Source of the DNA: Myxococcota bacterium
Lineage (GTDB): Bacteria; Myxococcota_A; UBA796; SXON01
Length of the DNA: 64,000 bases
Reading direction: 5' to 3'
Assembly: GCA_040386535.1 (NCBI GenBank)
Contig: JAZKFH010000015.1
Span: forward strand, 64,001-128,000
In this document: positions 1 to 10,893 of the stretch, piece after piece
Position numbering within the stretch: position 1 is the first letter of the stretch
Layout of the letters: each line of letters opens with the position of its first letter
Program-made: the position numbers and the translations under genes
The notes under the pieces: generated by a model
The model's database searches: none
Seen by the model: only the letters and a program-made list of their open reading frames with translations
What the model was told of the DNA's origin: nothing

Positions 1-360
1 CGCGCCGGTCGAGTCCGCGGCCGTGACCGAGACGACGTAGGTGCCGACCACGTCGGGCACGAACGAGGGCGCCGCGGGGTCGGTGACATCGAGGTCACCG
101 GTGTCGATGCCGGAGTCGACCGGCACGGACTCGACGGCCCAGTTCAGGATCGCCTCCTCCCCGTCGACACACACCTCGCCCGTGGCGGTGGGGGTGGCGG
201 GGGTGCCGAGGGTGATCGACAGGTCGGCAGAGCCGATGACCGTCGGACCCGCGCATTCGGAGCCGGAATCGTCCTTGTCCTCGGCGGGCGGCTTCACCAC
301 GCAGGCGGGGAGCGCCGCGAGGAACAGGAGGGCGAGGGAGGCGCGGAGGGTTGGAGTCAT
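1..360 (-). CDS. Lipoprotein with PKD/Ig-like domain (partial, runs off window start)
   Basis: Manual translation from ATG at 360: MTPTLRASLALLFLAALPAC (lipobox) ... SFVPDVVGTYVVSVTAAD, a PKD-like pattern; GGAG upstream. Confidence 0.7.
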   Translation of the reverse strand, partial: MTPTLRASLALLFLAALPACVVKPPAEDKDDSGSECAGPTVIGSADLSITLGTPATPTATGEVCVDGEEAILNWAVESVPVDSGIDTGDLDVTDPAAPSFVPDVVGTYVVSVTAADSTGA

Positions 361-422
361 GCGTCGGGCTCCGGCTGTGGACGGGGTTCGGGCGCCGTGT
401 GAGGGCACCCGTTCGGAGAGGC

Positions 423-452
423 AGTGTACGGATGGGAACGGGTCGCCGTCAA
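423..452 (-). promoter_or_regulatory. sigma70-type promoter for the gene starting at 360
   Basis: Minus strand TTGACG-18 nt-TACACT. Confidence 0.5.
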
Positions 453-1241
453 CACGAACTTGACACGTTGTGCAGGAGGGGCCTGCTGGCGGGGTCGGTC
501 GTCGCGATGTGCCTTCGAAGCGGGGCAGTCCATGGACAGGACGGCTGGCAGCCGGAGGCACTGTTTCCTCATCGTGACGAGATCGCAAGGACTTCCTTCG
601 CCGCCGTCACCGGCGTTGACGGTGCCATCGGCTATGTGCCGCCCTTCCGCGTCGGTACGCGTGACCGCCTGAGTCCCTTCGTCGGGGCCAGCGTGCGGCT
701 GGCACCGTTCGAGTTCCAGGCGTCGTGGGGCTGGATCGTGGACGCGAGCAAGGCGGGTGGAACGGTGCACGGCCCCGGGGATCTCCGCCTGGGCACCGTC
801 GTCACGCTGCTGCGCCCCGGCGAGTTCGACTTCACCGCCGGCTGGGAGGCCAAGCTCCCCAACGCGAGCGACGAGGGCGAGATCGGCACGGACGAGACCG
901 ACGTGACCTTCGGTGTGTCCGGGGGCTGGCGGCGTGGGCCCGTCGCGGCGCGGCTGGCCGTCGGGCTGGCCGTCCTCGGCAATCCCCTCCGCTTCGCGAA
1001 CCAGGACGACGTCCCGCTGCTCCGCGGCTCGGTCGCGTGGACGCCGGGCCTCGTGCGGGTCGTCGGCGCGGCCTCGGCCGACTTCGCGACCGCACGCAAT
1101 CCCGCCCGGATCGAGGCGGACGTCGCGTTGCAGGTGGGATCCCGATGGTTCGGTCTGGTCCATGCGGGGGGCGGATTCGTGCCCGCGTCGGCGGATTGGC
1201 ACGCCGGTCTCGCCGTCGGCTTCGTGTCGGCCCTTCCCTAG
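432..1241 (+). CDS. Putative outer-membrane beta-barrel/transporter-family protein (start uncertain)
   Basis: Alternating amphipathic strands, GPGDLRLG and KLPNA...GTDETD motifs typical of MetA-pathway-like transporters. Confidence 0.55.
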   Translation: MGTGRRQHELDTLCRRGLLAGSVVAMCLRSGAVHGQDGWQPEALFPHRDEIARTSFAAVTGVDGAIGYVPPFRVGTRDRLSPFVGASVRLAPFEFQASWGWIVDASKAGGTVHGPGDLRLGTVVTLLRPGEFDFTAGWEAKLPNASDEGEIGTDETDVTFGVSGGWRRGPVAARLAVGLAVLGNPLRFANQDDVPLLRGSVAWTPGLVRVVGAASADFATARNPARIEADVALQVGSRWFGLVHAGGGFVPASADWHAGLAVGFVSALP

Positions 1242-1301
1242 AGCAGGTCGGGTGTATAGCCATCCGGCGCGTCGACGGGTGCGCCCGCCGAGGAGACGTA
1301 C

Positions 1302-1952
1302 ATGGCTTTTTTCGACTTCCTTCTCGGGGGCCCCGCGGGGCAACTCAAGCGACACGCCCGCCGCGTGGCGAACCGTGACGCCCAGGCCGAGGACCGTGAG
1401 GCCTCCGCGCACTGGCTCGCCCAGAACGGCTCGGAGGAGGCGCTCCTGGCGATGTGCGCGCGCTTCGCGCTCCAGCTGGAGCACGGCCTGAAGGACCGGA
1501 AGGAGAAGGACCTCGTGTTCGAGCTCCTCGCCGAGCAGGGGCCGCGCGGCGCCGCGGTGGCCCGTCGCTGGGCGACCGAGAACCCCAACTTCCACCACGC
1601 GGTGCGGCTCGTCGAGCGTGTGGAGGGCTCCGAGGCGGCCGTCGGGCTGCTCCTCGAGCTGCTCGCGGCCGAGCAGGTGGACCAGGAGTTCAAGCCCGAG
1701 AAGAAGCGCAACCTGCTGATCTCGCTCGCCGAGCGCCGCAGCGTCCGCGTGGTCGAGGCCGCGCGCCGCTTCCTCACCGACTTCGACGAGGGCGTGCGCC
1801 ACGCCGCGATCGAGGCGATGGCCGCCCAGGAAGGGGACGCCGCGGCGCCCCACCTCGCGCAGGCGCTGATCAACCCCAAGGAAGAGAGCACGCGCATCCG
1901 CGGGCGGCTGCAGGAGATCTTCGTGCAGCGGAAGTGGCCGCTTCCCTCCTGA
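1302..1952 (+). CDS. HEAT-repeat protein
   Basis: AGGAG RBS; helical repeats such as LTDFDEGVRHAAIEAM. Confidence 0.75.
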   Translation: MAFFDFLLGGPAGQLKRHARRVANRDAQAEDREASAHWLAQNGSEEALLAMCARFALQLEHGLKDRKEKDLVFELLAEQGPRGAAVARRWATENPNFHHAVRLVERVEGSEAAVGLLLELLAAEQVDQEFKPEKKRNLLISLAERRSVRVVEAARRFLTDFDEGVRHAAIEAMAAQEGDAAAPHLAQALINPKEESTRIRGRLQEIFVQRKWPLPS

Positions 1953-1967
1953 ACCCCACGGTCCCCG

Positions 1968-3575
1968 CTACTCGAGCCCCATCCGTGCCAGCCGCTCGCG
2001 GGCCAGGGGCGCCGCCGGGCCGTCCTCCGCGACGACCAGGTACTCGCGGTAGTGGTAGGCGGCCTTGCGGACGTCGGCCTGGCCGAAGGCGAGGTTGGCG
2101 AGGTTGAGGTGGGCCTGCGGGTCCCGCGGGCAGGCGCGTAGCGTGGATGCATAGCGGGACGCCGCGGCTTCGAGGTCCCCCGCGCGCGAGGCGAGCGTCC
2201 CGAGGTTGTTCGATGCGTCGCAGTTCCCGGGGTGGGCGCGCAGGACCTCCTGCCACGCGGTCCGGGCGCCCGCGTCGTCACCTGACTCCGCACGGACGAT
2301 CCCGAGATTGATGCGCGCGTTCGGATCGTCGGGGTTGAGCTCCGCGGCGCGGACGTAGGCGGGCTCGGCCTCTCGGAAGCGGCGCGCGAGGCGCAGGGCG
2401 TCTCCGTAGCCGTACCAGGCGCGTGCGCTCGCGGGGTACCGGGCGGCGGCGCCCTCCCACAACGTGGCCTCGTCCGCCCACACCCGGTTCCGCGCCACGG
2501 TCGCGAGCAGGAGCACCGGGACGAGCGCCCACGCCGGCCGCACTGCGACCGCCGGGACGGAGGCCACCCCCGCCAGGATCAGCGCGTAGCCGGCGAAGTA
2601 GGCGCGGTGCTCCGCCATGGTCTCGAGCAGGGGCACCGCGGAGGAGGGAAGGAGCCACGCGCCCCACACCACGAGGGCAAAGGCCCGGATCGCGGCGGGG
2701 GAAGGCGAGGCACCCGCCGGAGCCGCGCGCGCCTGCCGGACGATCAGCGCCGCGACGCTCCCCCACGCGAGCAGCGCCGCGACGCCCACGAGCCGCCCGA
2801 CGCCCGGGTGATCGTGGAGGATCGACTGCCCCACGGGCGCGAGCCACAGCGCGACGTAGCGCCCCCACACCTCCGCCTGGGAGAGCAGCTGCACGCCCGC
2901 GGCGCGGGGCACCTCCGACGCCGGCCAGCCGTACATCCACAGGCGGAGCGCCACCGCGGCGGCGCCCGCCCCGGCGAACACCAGGTGGTCGCGCCAGCGC
3001 GGCGCGACGGCGATCCAGCGGTCGACGGCCAGGAGCGCCACGGGGAGGAGCAGGCCCACCTCCTTGGTGAGCAGCGCCGCCGCGACCGCGATCAGGGCGA
3101 CGAGGCGCGCGCGGGGGGCGCCGCGGCGGTGGTCGATCCACGCGGTGAGGGCCACGAGCCACCACGTCGCCTCGAGCGCGTCCGAGCGCCCGGTGACGTA
3201 GGTGACGGCGTCCGTGGTCATCGGGTGCAGCGCCCAGAGCGCCGCGACGAGGGCCGCGCGCGCCGGCGTGAGCAGACGGCCGGCGAGGCGGCACGCCAGG
3301 ACCGCGTTGAGCGCGTGGATCGCCACGGAGAGCACGTGGTACCCGAACGGATCGAGCCCGCCCAGCCACCAGTTGAACGCGTACGTGACGATGAGCAGCG
3401 GGCGGCTGGTGTTGTAGCTCGCGATGGCGCCGACGTCGTCGAGCCAGCGGATGGTGCGGTTGCCGACGACCTCGATGCGGTCGTCGTAGGTGAAGGGCGC
3501 GTGCAGCGCGGGCGCCCACGCCACCATGATCGCGACGAGCAGGGCGGCGAGGAGCGCGGCGTGGCGACGGGTCAC
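1968..3575 (-). CDS. TMTC-like membrane glycosyltransferase with C-terminal TPR repeats
   Basis: GTG start overlapping the GT4 stop; FTYDD acidic motif, multiple TM helices, HPMTTDAVTYVTGR, AEHRAY, RNRVWADE followed by TPRs. Confidence 0.8.
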   Translation of the reverse strand: MTRRHAALLAALLVAIMVAWAPALHAPFTYDDRIEVVGNRTIRWLDDVGAIASYNTSRPLLIVTYAFNWWLGGLDPFGYHVLSVAIHALNAVLACRLAGRLLTPARAALVAALWALHPMTTDAVTYVTGRSDALEATWWLVALTAWIDHRRGAPRARLVALIAVAAALLTKEVGLLLPVALLAVDRWIAVAPRWRDHLVFAGAGAAAVALRLWMYGWPASEVPRAAGVQLLSQAEVWGRYVALWLAPVGQSILHDHPGVGRLVGVAALLAWGSVAALIVRQARAAPAGASPSPAAIRAFALVVWGAWLLPSSAVPLLETMAEHRAYFAGYALILAGVASVPAVAVRPAWALVPVLLLATVARNRVWADEATLWEGAAARYPASARAWYGYGDALRLARRFREAEPAYVRAAELNPDDPNARINLGIVRAESGDDAGARTAWQEVLRAHPGNCDASNNLGTLASRAGDLEAAASRYASTLRACPRDPQAHLNLANLAFGQADVRKAAYHYREYLVVAEDGPAAPLARERLARMGLE

Positions 3576-4693
3576 GGGCGGACCTCCTCGTAGACGCGCA
3601 GGTGGGCCGCGGCGACCTCCCCGTAGTCGAGGTGGCGCGCGATGTAGCGCCGGCCGCGCTCGACCATGCCGCGGGCGGCCGCGCGGTCCGAGAGCAAGGT
3701 GCGGAGCGCACCCCGGAGCGCGCCCACGTCTCCCCCGGCCACGAGCAGCCCCGCGCCGGCCTCCGCGATGAGCTCGCCACATCCGCAGTCTCCGCCCACG
3801 ACCACCGGCGCGCCGCACATGAGCCCTTCGAGGGGCACCAGTCCGAACACCTCGTGGGTCGAGGGGTAGGCCAGCACGTCGGCGTCGACGAGCAGGGCGA
3901 GGCGCTCGGGGCCCTCCAGGGTGCCCGCGTGGTAGACGCCGGCCGGGAGCGCCATGCCGCGCGCCGGGCCCGCGAGCACGAGGCGCGCGTCGCCCATCGC
4001 GCCGTCGGCAAACGCGGCGGCCAGCGTGTCCACCCCCTTTCGTGGGGTGATCTGGCCGAGGTAGGCGACGAGGGGCCCGGCGCCGAGCCCGTGCGCGGCG
4101 CGGAAGGTGCCGCGCGGGGGCAGATCGTCGAATTCTTCGAGCCAGAGCCCGTTCGGGATGCGCGCCACGCGGTCGCCGTGGACGCCCGCCGCCAGCACCT
4201 GGCGCACCTCCGCGCGGCTCGTGGCGATCACGCGGTCGGCGCGCCGCGGCACGTCGCCGTCGAACAGCGCGTCCCAGAGCCGCTTGACGCCAATCTTCCG
4301 CTCGATGCGCGGGAGCGTGCCGTGCGGCGTCATCACGACCGGGAGGCCGGCGGCGCGCGCGGCGCGGAAGGCCCGGAAGTTCAGGAGGTTCCGGTGCGCG
4401 TGCAGATGCACGACATCGACGCCCTCGAGCGGCGGCGCGCTGGTCGGGAGGTACAGCTGGTGGGCCCACGCGAGCCGGTTGGAGGCCACGCGGGACACGA
4501 CCACGTCGATGCCGTCGAGCACGTGACGCGCCGGCACCGGCGCCCGGTGTGTGGCGTCGTACACGTCGGTGGTCCAGACACGAACGTCCAACCCCGCCCG
4601 CACCTGGGCCCGGGCGAGCCCGTGCACCGCGCGCGGAATGCCCCCGTAGGCCCACGTGGGAGGGAAGCAGGGCGTGACGTGCAGGACGCGCAT
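3572..4693 (-). CDS. Glycosyltransferase family 4
   Basis: MRVLHV N-terminus, TPHG, IPNG, RKG, EVFGLVPLEG (E-X7-E) motif. Confidence 0.9.
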   Translation of the reverse strand: MRVLHVTPCFPPTWAYGGIPRAVHGLARAQVRAGLDVRVWTTDVYDATHRAPVPARHVLDGIDVVVSRVASNRLAWAHQLYLPTSAPPLEGVDVVHLHAHRNLLNFRAFRAARAAGLPVVMTPHGTLPRIERKIGVKRLWDALFDGDVPRRADRVIATSRAEVRQVLAAGVHGDRVARIPNGLWLEEFDDLPPRGTFRAAHGLGAGPLVAYLGQITPRKGVDTLAAAFADGAMGDARLVLAGPARGMALPAGVYHAGTLEGPERLALLVDADVLAYPSTHEVFGLVPLEGLMCGAPVVVGGDCGCGELIAEAGAGLLVAGGDVGALRGALRTLLSDRAAARGMVERGRRYIARHLDYGEVAAAHLRVYEEVRP

Positions 4694-4777
4694 CGGGGCG
4701 CCCGCAGGCTACCGCCTCCGCGGTTTGGTTGCACGGCTGCCGGTAGGCGACTACTCTCCGCGGCCGAGAGGCTGTCC

Positions 4778-5146
4778 ATGCGCGCGATCACCCTGCTGCT
4801 CGTCTTCTCCGCCGCACTCCTCGCCACCGGGTGTGGGCCCGACTGCCAGACCTCCTGCGAGAAGATCTTCGGCGACGCCGCGGGTGAGTGTGACATCCAG
4901 ATCCCCGGCAAGGTCGGGGAATCCGGGCGTCAGGAGATGATTTCTCAGTGTGTTTCCCACTGCGAGCAGGCCTTGCGCCGCAACGGCGACATCGGGGATT
5001 ACTCTCCGAACGAACGCGCGGGCGGGGATGACGACATCTCGCTGGAAAATGAGAAGCAGGCGGCCTTGTGGATGGACTGCGTGTCCGAGACCAGCTGCGA
5101 CAACCTCAACAAGAACTACTGTGCGCCCGTCAAGAACTACCCGTAG
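4778..5146 (+). CDS. Small Cys-rich lipoprotein
   Basis: Lipobox LATGC; CQTSCEKI, CVSHC, CVSETSC. Confidence 0.75.
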   Translation: MRAITLLLVFSAALLATGCGPDCQTSCEKIFGDAAGECDIQIPGKVGESGRQEMISQCVSHCEQALRRNGDIGDYSPNERAGGDDDISLENEKQAALWMDCVSETSCDNLNKNYCAPVKNYP

Positions 5147-5426
5147 CGCGCTGCTCCTCCTCGGAGTCCAGCTCCTGCTCGCCGGTTGTCAGCCCACCTG
5201 TGAGCAGGTGTGCGACAAGCTGGTGGAGTGCGACAACCCCGGCACCGAGCGCATGTCCGGCCCGGAGTGCGAGGAGTCCTGCAACACGCAGAAGGACAGC
5301 TACGCGAAGTGGACCGACACGCAGCTGCGTGACGCGATGGACGCCCAGCTCTCCTGCCTGTACGACGCCTCGTGTGACGCGGTGGCCGACGGCGCCTGCT
5401 ACGACGAGGACGTCTGGTCCTTCTGA
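5121..5426 (+). CDS. Small Cys-rich lipoprotein (start uncertain)
   Basis: Lipobox LLAGC; CEQVCDKLVEC, CEESC, CLYDASC. Confidence 0.7.
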   Translation: MRPSRTTRSALLLLGVQLLLAGCQPTCEQVCDKLVECDNPGTERMSGPECEESCNTQKDSYAKWTDTQLRDAMDAQLSCLYDASCDAVADGACYDEDVWSF

Positions 5427-5992
5427 CCGGGCCCTCTCGGTGCCTCGACCTCGCCCCACGCCGCGCGCCACGCCGTGACGGCCTCGGCGACATCGCGGGC
5501 GCCGAAGATCCCGCCCATCCCGGCGACGCCCCGCGCGCCCGCGGCGCGGCAGCGGCCCACCCGCTCGGCTGACACGCCGCCCAGCGCCACCGCGCCCGGG
5601 GTGCGCAGCACGGACATGCCCAGCGGGCGGCGTCGATCCCCGGGCTTGGACGCGGAGCGCCAGATGGGGGAGAGCAGCGCCCAGGTCGCGCCCATCCCCA
5701 GCGCGTGGTCCACCTCCGCGGGCGCGTGCGCGCTGACGCTGAACGGGTTCGTGCGCACCGCGAGGCGAACGTCGCTCGCGTAGTGCAGCGCGACCGGGAG
5801 GTTCGGGGCGAGCGCGACCGCCCCGGGCATCCGCGTGTGGAGCACCAGCCGGTACGGCCACGACTCGGCCAGCGCGTCGAGGCCCTGCGGGAGCACGCTC
5901 TCCCGCACGATCACGCGGTCGATGCCCGCTTCGAGCGCGGCGCGAACGCGATCGACGAGGTCCGGGCCACCGCAGGTGATGCCGACGATCAC
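5399..5992 (-). CDS. thiE: Thiamine-phosphate synthase ThiE/TenI family
   Basis: [20 protein letters not shown] motifs; coupled to thiG. Confidence 0.75.
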   Translation of the reverse strand: MIVGITCGGPDLVDRVRAALEAGIDRVIVRESVLPQGLDALAESWPYRLVLHTRMPGAVALAPNLPVALHYASDVRLAVRTNPFSVSAHAPAEVDHALGMGATWALLSPIWRSASKPGDRRRPLGMSVLRTPGAVALGGVSAERVGRCRAAGARGVAGMGGIFGARDVAEAVTAWRAAWGEVEAPRGPGQKDQTSSS

Positions 5993-6771
5993 GGGGTCGA
6001 GGCGATCGGGTCGACGATGCCGTCGAGCGGGCTGCTGGCCGACGCGTAGAGCTTGCGGGGGATGCGGCCGGCGCCGCGCGCGAGCTCGCCCGCCTCGACC
6101 CCGAGGCGCATGGCGCGGGCCATCCGCACGGGATCCTTCGCGCCCGCCACCGCCGTGTTGAGCAGCACGGCGTCCGCCCCGAGCTCGAGCGCGAGCGCGG
6201 CGTCCGACGCGGTGCCCACCCCAGCATCGACGATGACGGGCACCTTGGCCTGCTCGACGATGATCCTGAGGTTCGTCGGGTTGCGGATGCCGAGGCCGGA
6301 GCCGATCGGCGCGGCGAGCGGCATCACCGCGGCGCAGCCGATCTCGGCGAGGCGCTTGCAGAGCACCGGATCGTCCGAGATGTAGGGGAGGACGACGAAG
6401 CCCTCCTTCACCAGCACCCGCGCGGCCTCCAGCGTGCCCTCGGCGCAGGGGAACAACGTGTCGGGATCGCCGATGACCTCGAGCTTGATCCAGTTCGTGC
6501 CGAGCAGCTCGCGGGCGAGGCGCGACGTGAGGATCGCGTCCTCCGCGGTGTAGCAGCCCGCCGTGTTCGGCAAGAGGTGGATCTTCGTCCGGTCGATGAA
6601 GTCGAGGATGTTCTCCCCGCGCGGCGCGTTGAGGTCGACCCGCCGGATCGCGAGGGTGACCATCTCGGTGGCGGCGGCCTCGTGGCAGGCGCGCATCGTG
6701 GCGAAGTCGGGGTACTTGCCGGTGCCGAGGATGAGGCGGCTCTGGAAGGTGCGGTCGGCGATCTGGAGCAT
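5989..6771 (-). CDS. thiG: Thiazole synthase
   Basis: [46 protein letters not shown]. Confidence 0.97.
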   Translation of the reverse strand: MLQIADRTFQSRLILGTGKYPDFATMRACHEAAATEMVTLAIRRVDLNAPRGENILDFIDRTKIHLLPNTAGCYTAEDAILTSRLARELLGTNWIKLEVIGDPDTLFPCAEGTLEAARVLVKEGFVVLPYISDDPVLCKRLAEIGCAAVMPLAAPIGSGLGIRNPTNLRIIVEQAKVPVIVDAGVGTASDAALALELGADAVLLNTAVAGAKDPVRMARAMRLGVEAGELARGAGRIPRKLYASASSPLDGIVDPIASTP

Positions 6772-6779
6772 CCGGGCGC

Positions 6780-7958
6780 TTAACCGCCGTCGGCGATCCG
6801 TTCGACCTTCACCGCGACGCCGTCGGCTTCGTAGCGGATCGTCGTCTCCATCGGGCGATCGGCGAACCAGCGCGGCTCGGTGGGGATCATGGTGACGGAC
6901 ACGGTGTCGGGCCCGGTCCACGTGCTCCGGACGCGGCCCGTGCCGTGCCCGGGCTGGCCGGCGATGTCGACGGCGAAGGAGGACTCGACGGTGCCCTCGA
7001 ACGGGCGGCGCAGATCGGGGAGGGCGGGGCGGAACACCACGTCGGTCACCGGTACGTCGACCCCGACCTGCCAGACCTGCGCGCGATCGAGCTCGCCGTC
7101 GACGAAGTGGTAGCGGAGCGACACGATGGGCCCGTCGCGACGCGCCCAGCCGTCGGCGACCGTCCACTCCTCGGTCGCCTGGGTGGGCCATGGCGCGCCG
7201 CTTCCCGGACGCACCAGCGCGAAGCCCCCCGCTCTCGGCGTGATGCGGAAGTCCGCGATCGCGAACCCGCCCTGCGTCTGCGCGAGGAGGATCTTCAGCG
7301 GCACGAGCCCGAGCATGCGCTTCAGCGGCCACTTCTTCCCGCCGATGGTCACCGAGGCCTCGCCGCCGATGCGGAACAGGTGCAGGTCGAGCAGGGCGGC
7401 CACCGCCGCGCGGCTGTGGCCCATGGTGTTGCCGTTGCGTGGCTGGCTCGGCTTCGTCGGGATGCGGCCGCGGTAGCTCACGTCGACGGGCTCGCCCGCG
7501 GGGTTCGTGTAGGCGAAGTGGAGGTCGGCGACCTCCGCGGTGGAGTTGTCGGTGACCACCAACGGCCCGGACACGCGCGGCGCCGGCACTTCGGGGATCC
7601 AGGCCTCGATGTCGGGGAGATCGGCGACGATGCCCTGGTTGCCGTTCGCGTCGGCGTCCTTCGCCAGCCAGAGCGGGCCCGACGGGAGGTCGAGGCGCGC
7701 GTATTCGTGCATGTCCCAGCCGGGGTGCGTGCTGACGAGCACGACGTCGAGCCCGTACCGGAGGCCCCAGACCTGGAGGGGGATCACCGGTGTGTCGACG
7801 CGGGGGCCGGCGGTGTAGCGGGCGCCCGAGGGCGCGGCGGCCTCGAAGGTGGCGCGCTCCGCGGGAGAGAGGACCGGCGGACCGGGGAGCATCTTCGAGA
7901 GGCCGCACGCGGTGAGCAGAGGCAGGGCGAGAAGGGTGGCGCGCTCCCGGAGCGACAT
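6780..7958 (-). CDS. Hypothetical lipoprotein
   Basis: [18 protein letters not shown] lipobox; start overlaps the upstream stop. Confidence 0.75.
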   Translation of the reverse strand: MSLRERATLLALPLLTACGLSKMLPGPPVLSPAERATFEAAAPSGARYTAGPRVDTPVIPLQVWGLRYGLDVVLVSTHPGWDMHEYARLDLPSGPLWLAKDADANGNQGIVADLPDIEAWIPEVPAPRVSGPLVVTDNSTAEVADLHFAYTNPAGEPVDVSYRGRIPTKPSQPRNGNTMGHSRAAVAALLDLHLFRIGGEASVTIGGKKWPLKRMLGLVPLKILLAQTQGGFAIADFRITPRAGGFALVRPGSGAPWPTQATEEWTVADGWARRDGPIVSLRYHFVDGELDRAQVWQVGVDVPVTDVVFRPALPDLRRPFEGTVESSFAVDIAGQPGHGTGRVRSTWTGPDTVSVTMIPTEPRWFADRPMETTIRYEADGVAVKVERIADGG

Positions 7959-9418
7959 CAGAACACCCACGCGGCTTCGGCGACCACGTCGTGCTCGACC
8001 GGCAACAGGCTGTCCTGCGGCACGTTCATCTCCCAGGTGGCGCCGAGGCGCACGACGTGTTCGGGCGCGACCTTCCAGCGGAGCCATCCCCCCGCGGCGG
8101 GCGACCAGCGCGCGTCGGGGAGGTCGAAGCCGGCCACCGGATCGAAGAACTGGAACCGGCCCACGAGCTCGATCGCCTCGATCAGGTCGCCCTCGATCGG
8201 AAACGCCCAGAGACCGGTGGCCGAGGCCCCCGAGTAGAAGGTGTCGAGGCGATCCTCGGTGGTGGTGCCGAGGAGGCCCTCGATGAGCAGCCGCTGGGTC
8301 GGGCCGCGCAGCTCCACCGCGAGCTCCGCTTGTCCCTGCTCCCCCGAACCGTCGAGCCCGCGGGCGCCGTAGAGGCCCGACAACGACACGGCCAGCGCGT
8401 CCATGGGCTCAGCGGCCACCCGCGCGATCACGTCCTTCCCGTTGTTCTGGTCGAGCGTGGCGCCGCCGCTGCCGTTGAGCAGCTGCACGTCGAACGCCCA
8501 GCGATCGCCGAGCTCGCCGCGCCAGCCGACGCCCAGATCCTCGTCGGGGACGAGCCCCTCGCGGCGCGCGAGGTCGGCGCGCCCGTCGCCGGCGAACGGA
8601 TAACGCTCCTCGTAGGTGTCCCGGGCGCCGAACGCGGGCTCCTGCAGGCCGATCCGCACGTCGTGGCGGAGCCCGCCGCCCGCGCCGAACGTGGCGCCGA
8701 GGTACACCTCGCGCCCCTGCACCGACCACCCGGCGGCCCAGTCCTTCACGTCGAAGGTGATGCCCGTGTTCGTGTAGGACGACGTGCTGTCGTCCTGCCG
8801 GAACTCGACCGCCAGGCGCCCGTAGAGGAAGCGCCCGAGCGCCACGTCGAGGATGGGGCGCGCGCGCGAGACGTTGAAGCCCGCGGAGGCCGCTCCGTCG
8901 ATCGCGCTCCCGAGGCGCTCGAGGTTGGCGGCGGTAAAATCGATCCGCACGTCCCCGCCCACGGTCACGACCGGCTTCAGAACGGGGGCGACGGCGAGGG
9001 GAGGCGGGGGAAGGGGAGCCGTGGTGGGGCTCGGGGTGGTCGCGACGGTCTGAGCGGGCGGCTCTACCGCGACGGGCGTGGGCTCGGCGGGCGAGCTGGC
9101 CCCGACCGGCTCACCGGCGGGCTTCCCTGCTGGCGCACCGTTGACCCACGCGAGCGCCAACGTCGGCACCTGGTTCCACACGGTCCAGTCGTTCGCGCCG
9201 GGCCCGCGCACCTCGTGCTTCCCGGCCGGCGCGGCGCGGACCAGCGCGAGGATCTCGGCGACCGTGTGATCCCCGGAGCCGGAGGGGCCGCGGTACTCGT
9301 AGACGACGGCGTAGACACCGTCGGCAGCGGCGCTTTCCGAGGGGGCGGCCTCGGCGGGCGCGGAGAACGTGGCGAGGCTGAGGAACAACAAGCTGAGGAT
9401 CCGCAGATGGGCCGCCAC
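7958..9418 (-). CDS. Porin-like beta-barrel protein with N-terminal GYF_2-like domain and Pro/Thr linker
   Basis: Signal peptide; FNVSRAR, NGSG...[11 protein letters not shown] motifs of OprO/P-type porins; terminal Phe. Confidence 0.7.
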   Translation of the reverse strand: MAAHLRILSLLFLSLATFSAPAEAAPSESAAADGVYAVVYEYRGPSGSGDHTVAEILALVRAAPAGKHEVRGPGANDWTVWNQVPTLALAWVNGAPAGKPAGEPVGASSPAEPTPVAVEPPAQTVATTPSPTTAPLPPPPLAVAPVLKPVVTVGGDVRIDFTAANLERLGSAIDGAASAGFNVSRARPILDVALGRFLYGRLAVEFRQDDSTSSYTNTGITFDVKDWAAGWSVQGREVYLGATFGAGGGLRHDVRIGLQEPAFGARDTYEERYPFAGDGRADLARREGLVPDEDLGVGWRGELGDRWAFDVQLLNGSGGATLDQNNGKDVIARVAAEPMDALAVSLSGLYGARGLDGSGEQGQAELAVELRGPTQRLLIEGLLGTTTEDRLDTFYSGASATGLWAFPIEGDLIEAIELVGRFQFFDPVAGFDLPDARWSPAAGGWLRWKVAPEHVVRLGATWEMNVPQDSLLPVEHDVVAEAAWVF

Positions 9419-9446
9419 ATCTATCGCTTGTGTGGCGCCCGGCTCG

Positions 9447-10808
9447 CTACTCGGCGAAGAAGGGGGAGGCGAACACGCGGTGCTCCGCCTCGCCCTGCAT
9501 CGCGCGGATGCGCACGTAGCGGGGCTCGCCCGCGGGGATGGTCAGGGTGGTCTCCGTGGTGACCTGGCCAAACGCGTCGACCACGTCCAGCGTCCACTGG
9601 GTCACCCGCGGATCCTCCAACGTGACCGTGAGCTCGAGCGGCATCGCGTCCGCCGGAATGTCGTCTCCCGGCAGGTAGCGCTCGCCGTCGGCGCCGGAAG
9701 CGTAGATGACGAGCTTCTCCGCGGCCCACGACGCCACGACGGTGTGCCGCGCCTCCAGGATGTCGAAGAGCTCTTCCCGATCGAAGCGCGAGCCCGTCAC
9801 GATCGCGCCGGTGACGGTGCCGTTGCTGTACTGGTCGTGCCAGGGTTGGGGCGACTTCGGGTTCGCCTGGAGATCCCGCACCTGGCCGGGGCCGCCGGCC
9901 ACCCGCCCGGGCTCGTCCATGTGGTTGTCCGTGCCGCCCACGAACCCGAGCCGGTGCCCCATCTGGAGCATGTACTGGATCGACCCGTCGTCCACGTGGT
10001 GGTCGGTGCTGTAGCGCCAGTCGCACCCCTCGGTCGCGACGCGGGTGTCACACTCGGAGCTGCCGTGCTCCGACGCGATCTCGACCACCGTGTCGCCCTC
10101 GACCCAGCTCTCCTCGGTCGCCCAGTCGACCCACGCCGGGCGGTCCTGCGCGACGTGGTGGAAGAAGCCGATCGCCCGCGAGGGGCCGCACCCGTCGAGA
10201 TCGGGCACGGCCTGGAGCCGGGCGCGCAGCTCCGAGGGCTGCACGGCGGGCTCGAGCTCCGAGTACTGGTACCGCTCGGTCCCGTAGGACACCACTCCCG
10301 TGCCGTGGCAGGACGGGATCCGCCACTCGGCGCAGCCCTCGACGTCCTCGATGAGCACGGTGCGGTGGGTGGCCTGGTAGATCTCGCCGGGATCGGCGTC
10401 GCAGGTGGAGGTCCACTCGTAGCCGAGGATGCCGAACGCGGACGTGCCCTCGGCGGCGCGGACGAGCTCCTGCATCCGCGACCAGATGTCGATGTCGATA
10501 CCATCGTCCGGGCGAAGGTACCGCGTGAACTCGGCGTGATCGGTCAGCGCGGCAAAACCGAGCCCGTAGGCGATCGCGCGCGGAAACGCCTCCTCGGCGG
10601 GCAGCTCCGCGTCGGGCAGGCACCGGTTGTCGGGCGCCTCGCAACCGTCGTGAGAGAGGTTGGTATGGTTGTGCAGATCGCCCCACACGATGGTGGGGTC
10701 CACGAGGACGGGGGGACGCGGGTCGGCACCCGTGTCGTCGACACCGTCCACCGCCGGAGACTGGAAGCGCAGGCAGGCCGCGAGCGGGAGGAGGACGAGC
10801 GATCGCAT
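9447..10808 (-). CDS. PHP-superfamily (DUF3604/CehA-McbA-like) metallohydrolase, probable lipoprotein
   Basis: WGDLHNHTNLSHDG, ALTDH, GYEWT, GGTDNH. Confidence 0.8.
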   Translation of the reverse strand: MRSLVLLPLAACLRFQSPAVDGVDDTGADPRPPVLVDPTIVWGDLHNHTNLSHDGCEAPDNRCLPDAELPAEEAFPRAIAYGLGFAALTDHAEFTRYLRPDDGIDIDIWSRMQELVRAAEGTSAFGILGYEWTSTCDADPGEIYQATHRTVLIEDVEGCAEWRIPSCHGTGVVSYGTERYQYSELEPAVQPSELRARLQAVPDLDGCGPSRAIGFFHHVAQDRPAWVDWATEESWVEGDTVVEIASEHGSSECDTRVATEGCDWRYSTDHHVDDGSIQYMLQMGHRLGFVGGTDNHMDEPGRVAGGPGQVRDLQANPKSPQPWHDQYSNGTVTGAIVTGSRFDREELFDILEARHTVVASWAAEKLVIYASGADGERYLPGDDIPADAMPLELTVTLEDPRVTQWTLDVVDAFGQVTTETTLTIPAGEPRYVRIRAMQGEAEHRVFASPFFAE

Positions 10809-10893
10809 CGGAAGGACAATTAGACCGGACCGCGCGCGATCGCCACGAATCGATCGCGTTGACGTGCCCCGATCCCCGCTCTAAGGTGCGGGC

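Noticed and set aside
6772..6800. TPP riboswitch before thiG
   Set aside because: Only 8 bp of intergenic space and no recognisable motif
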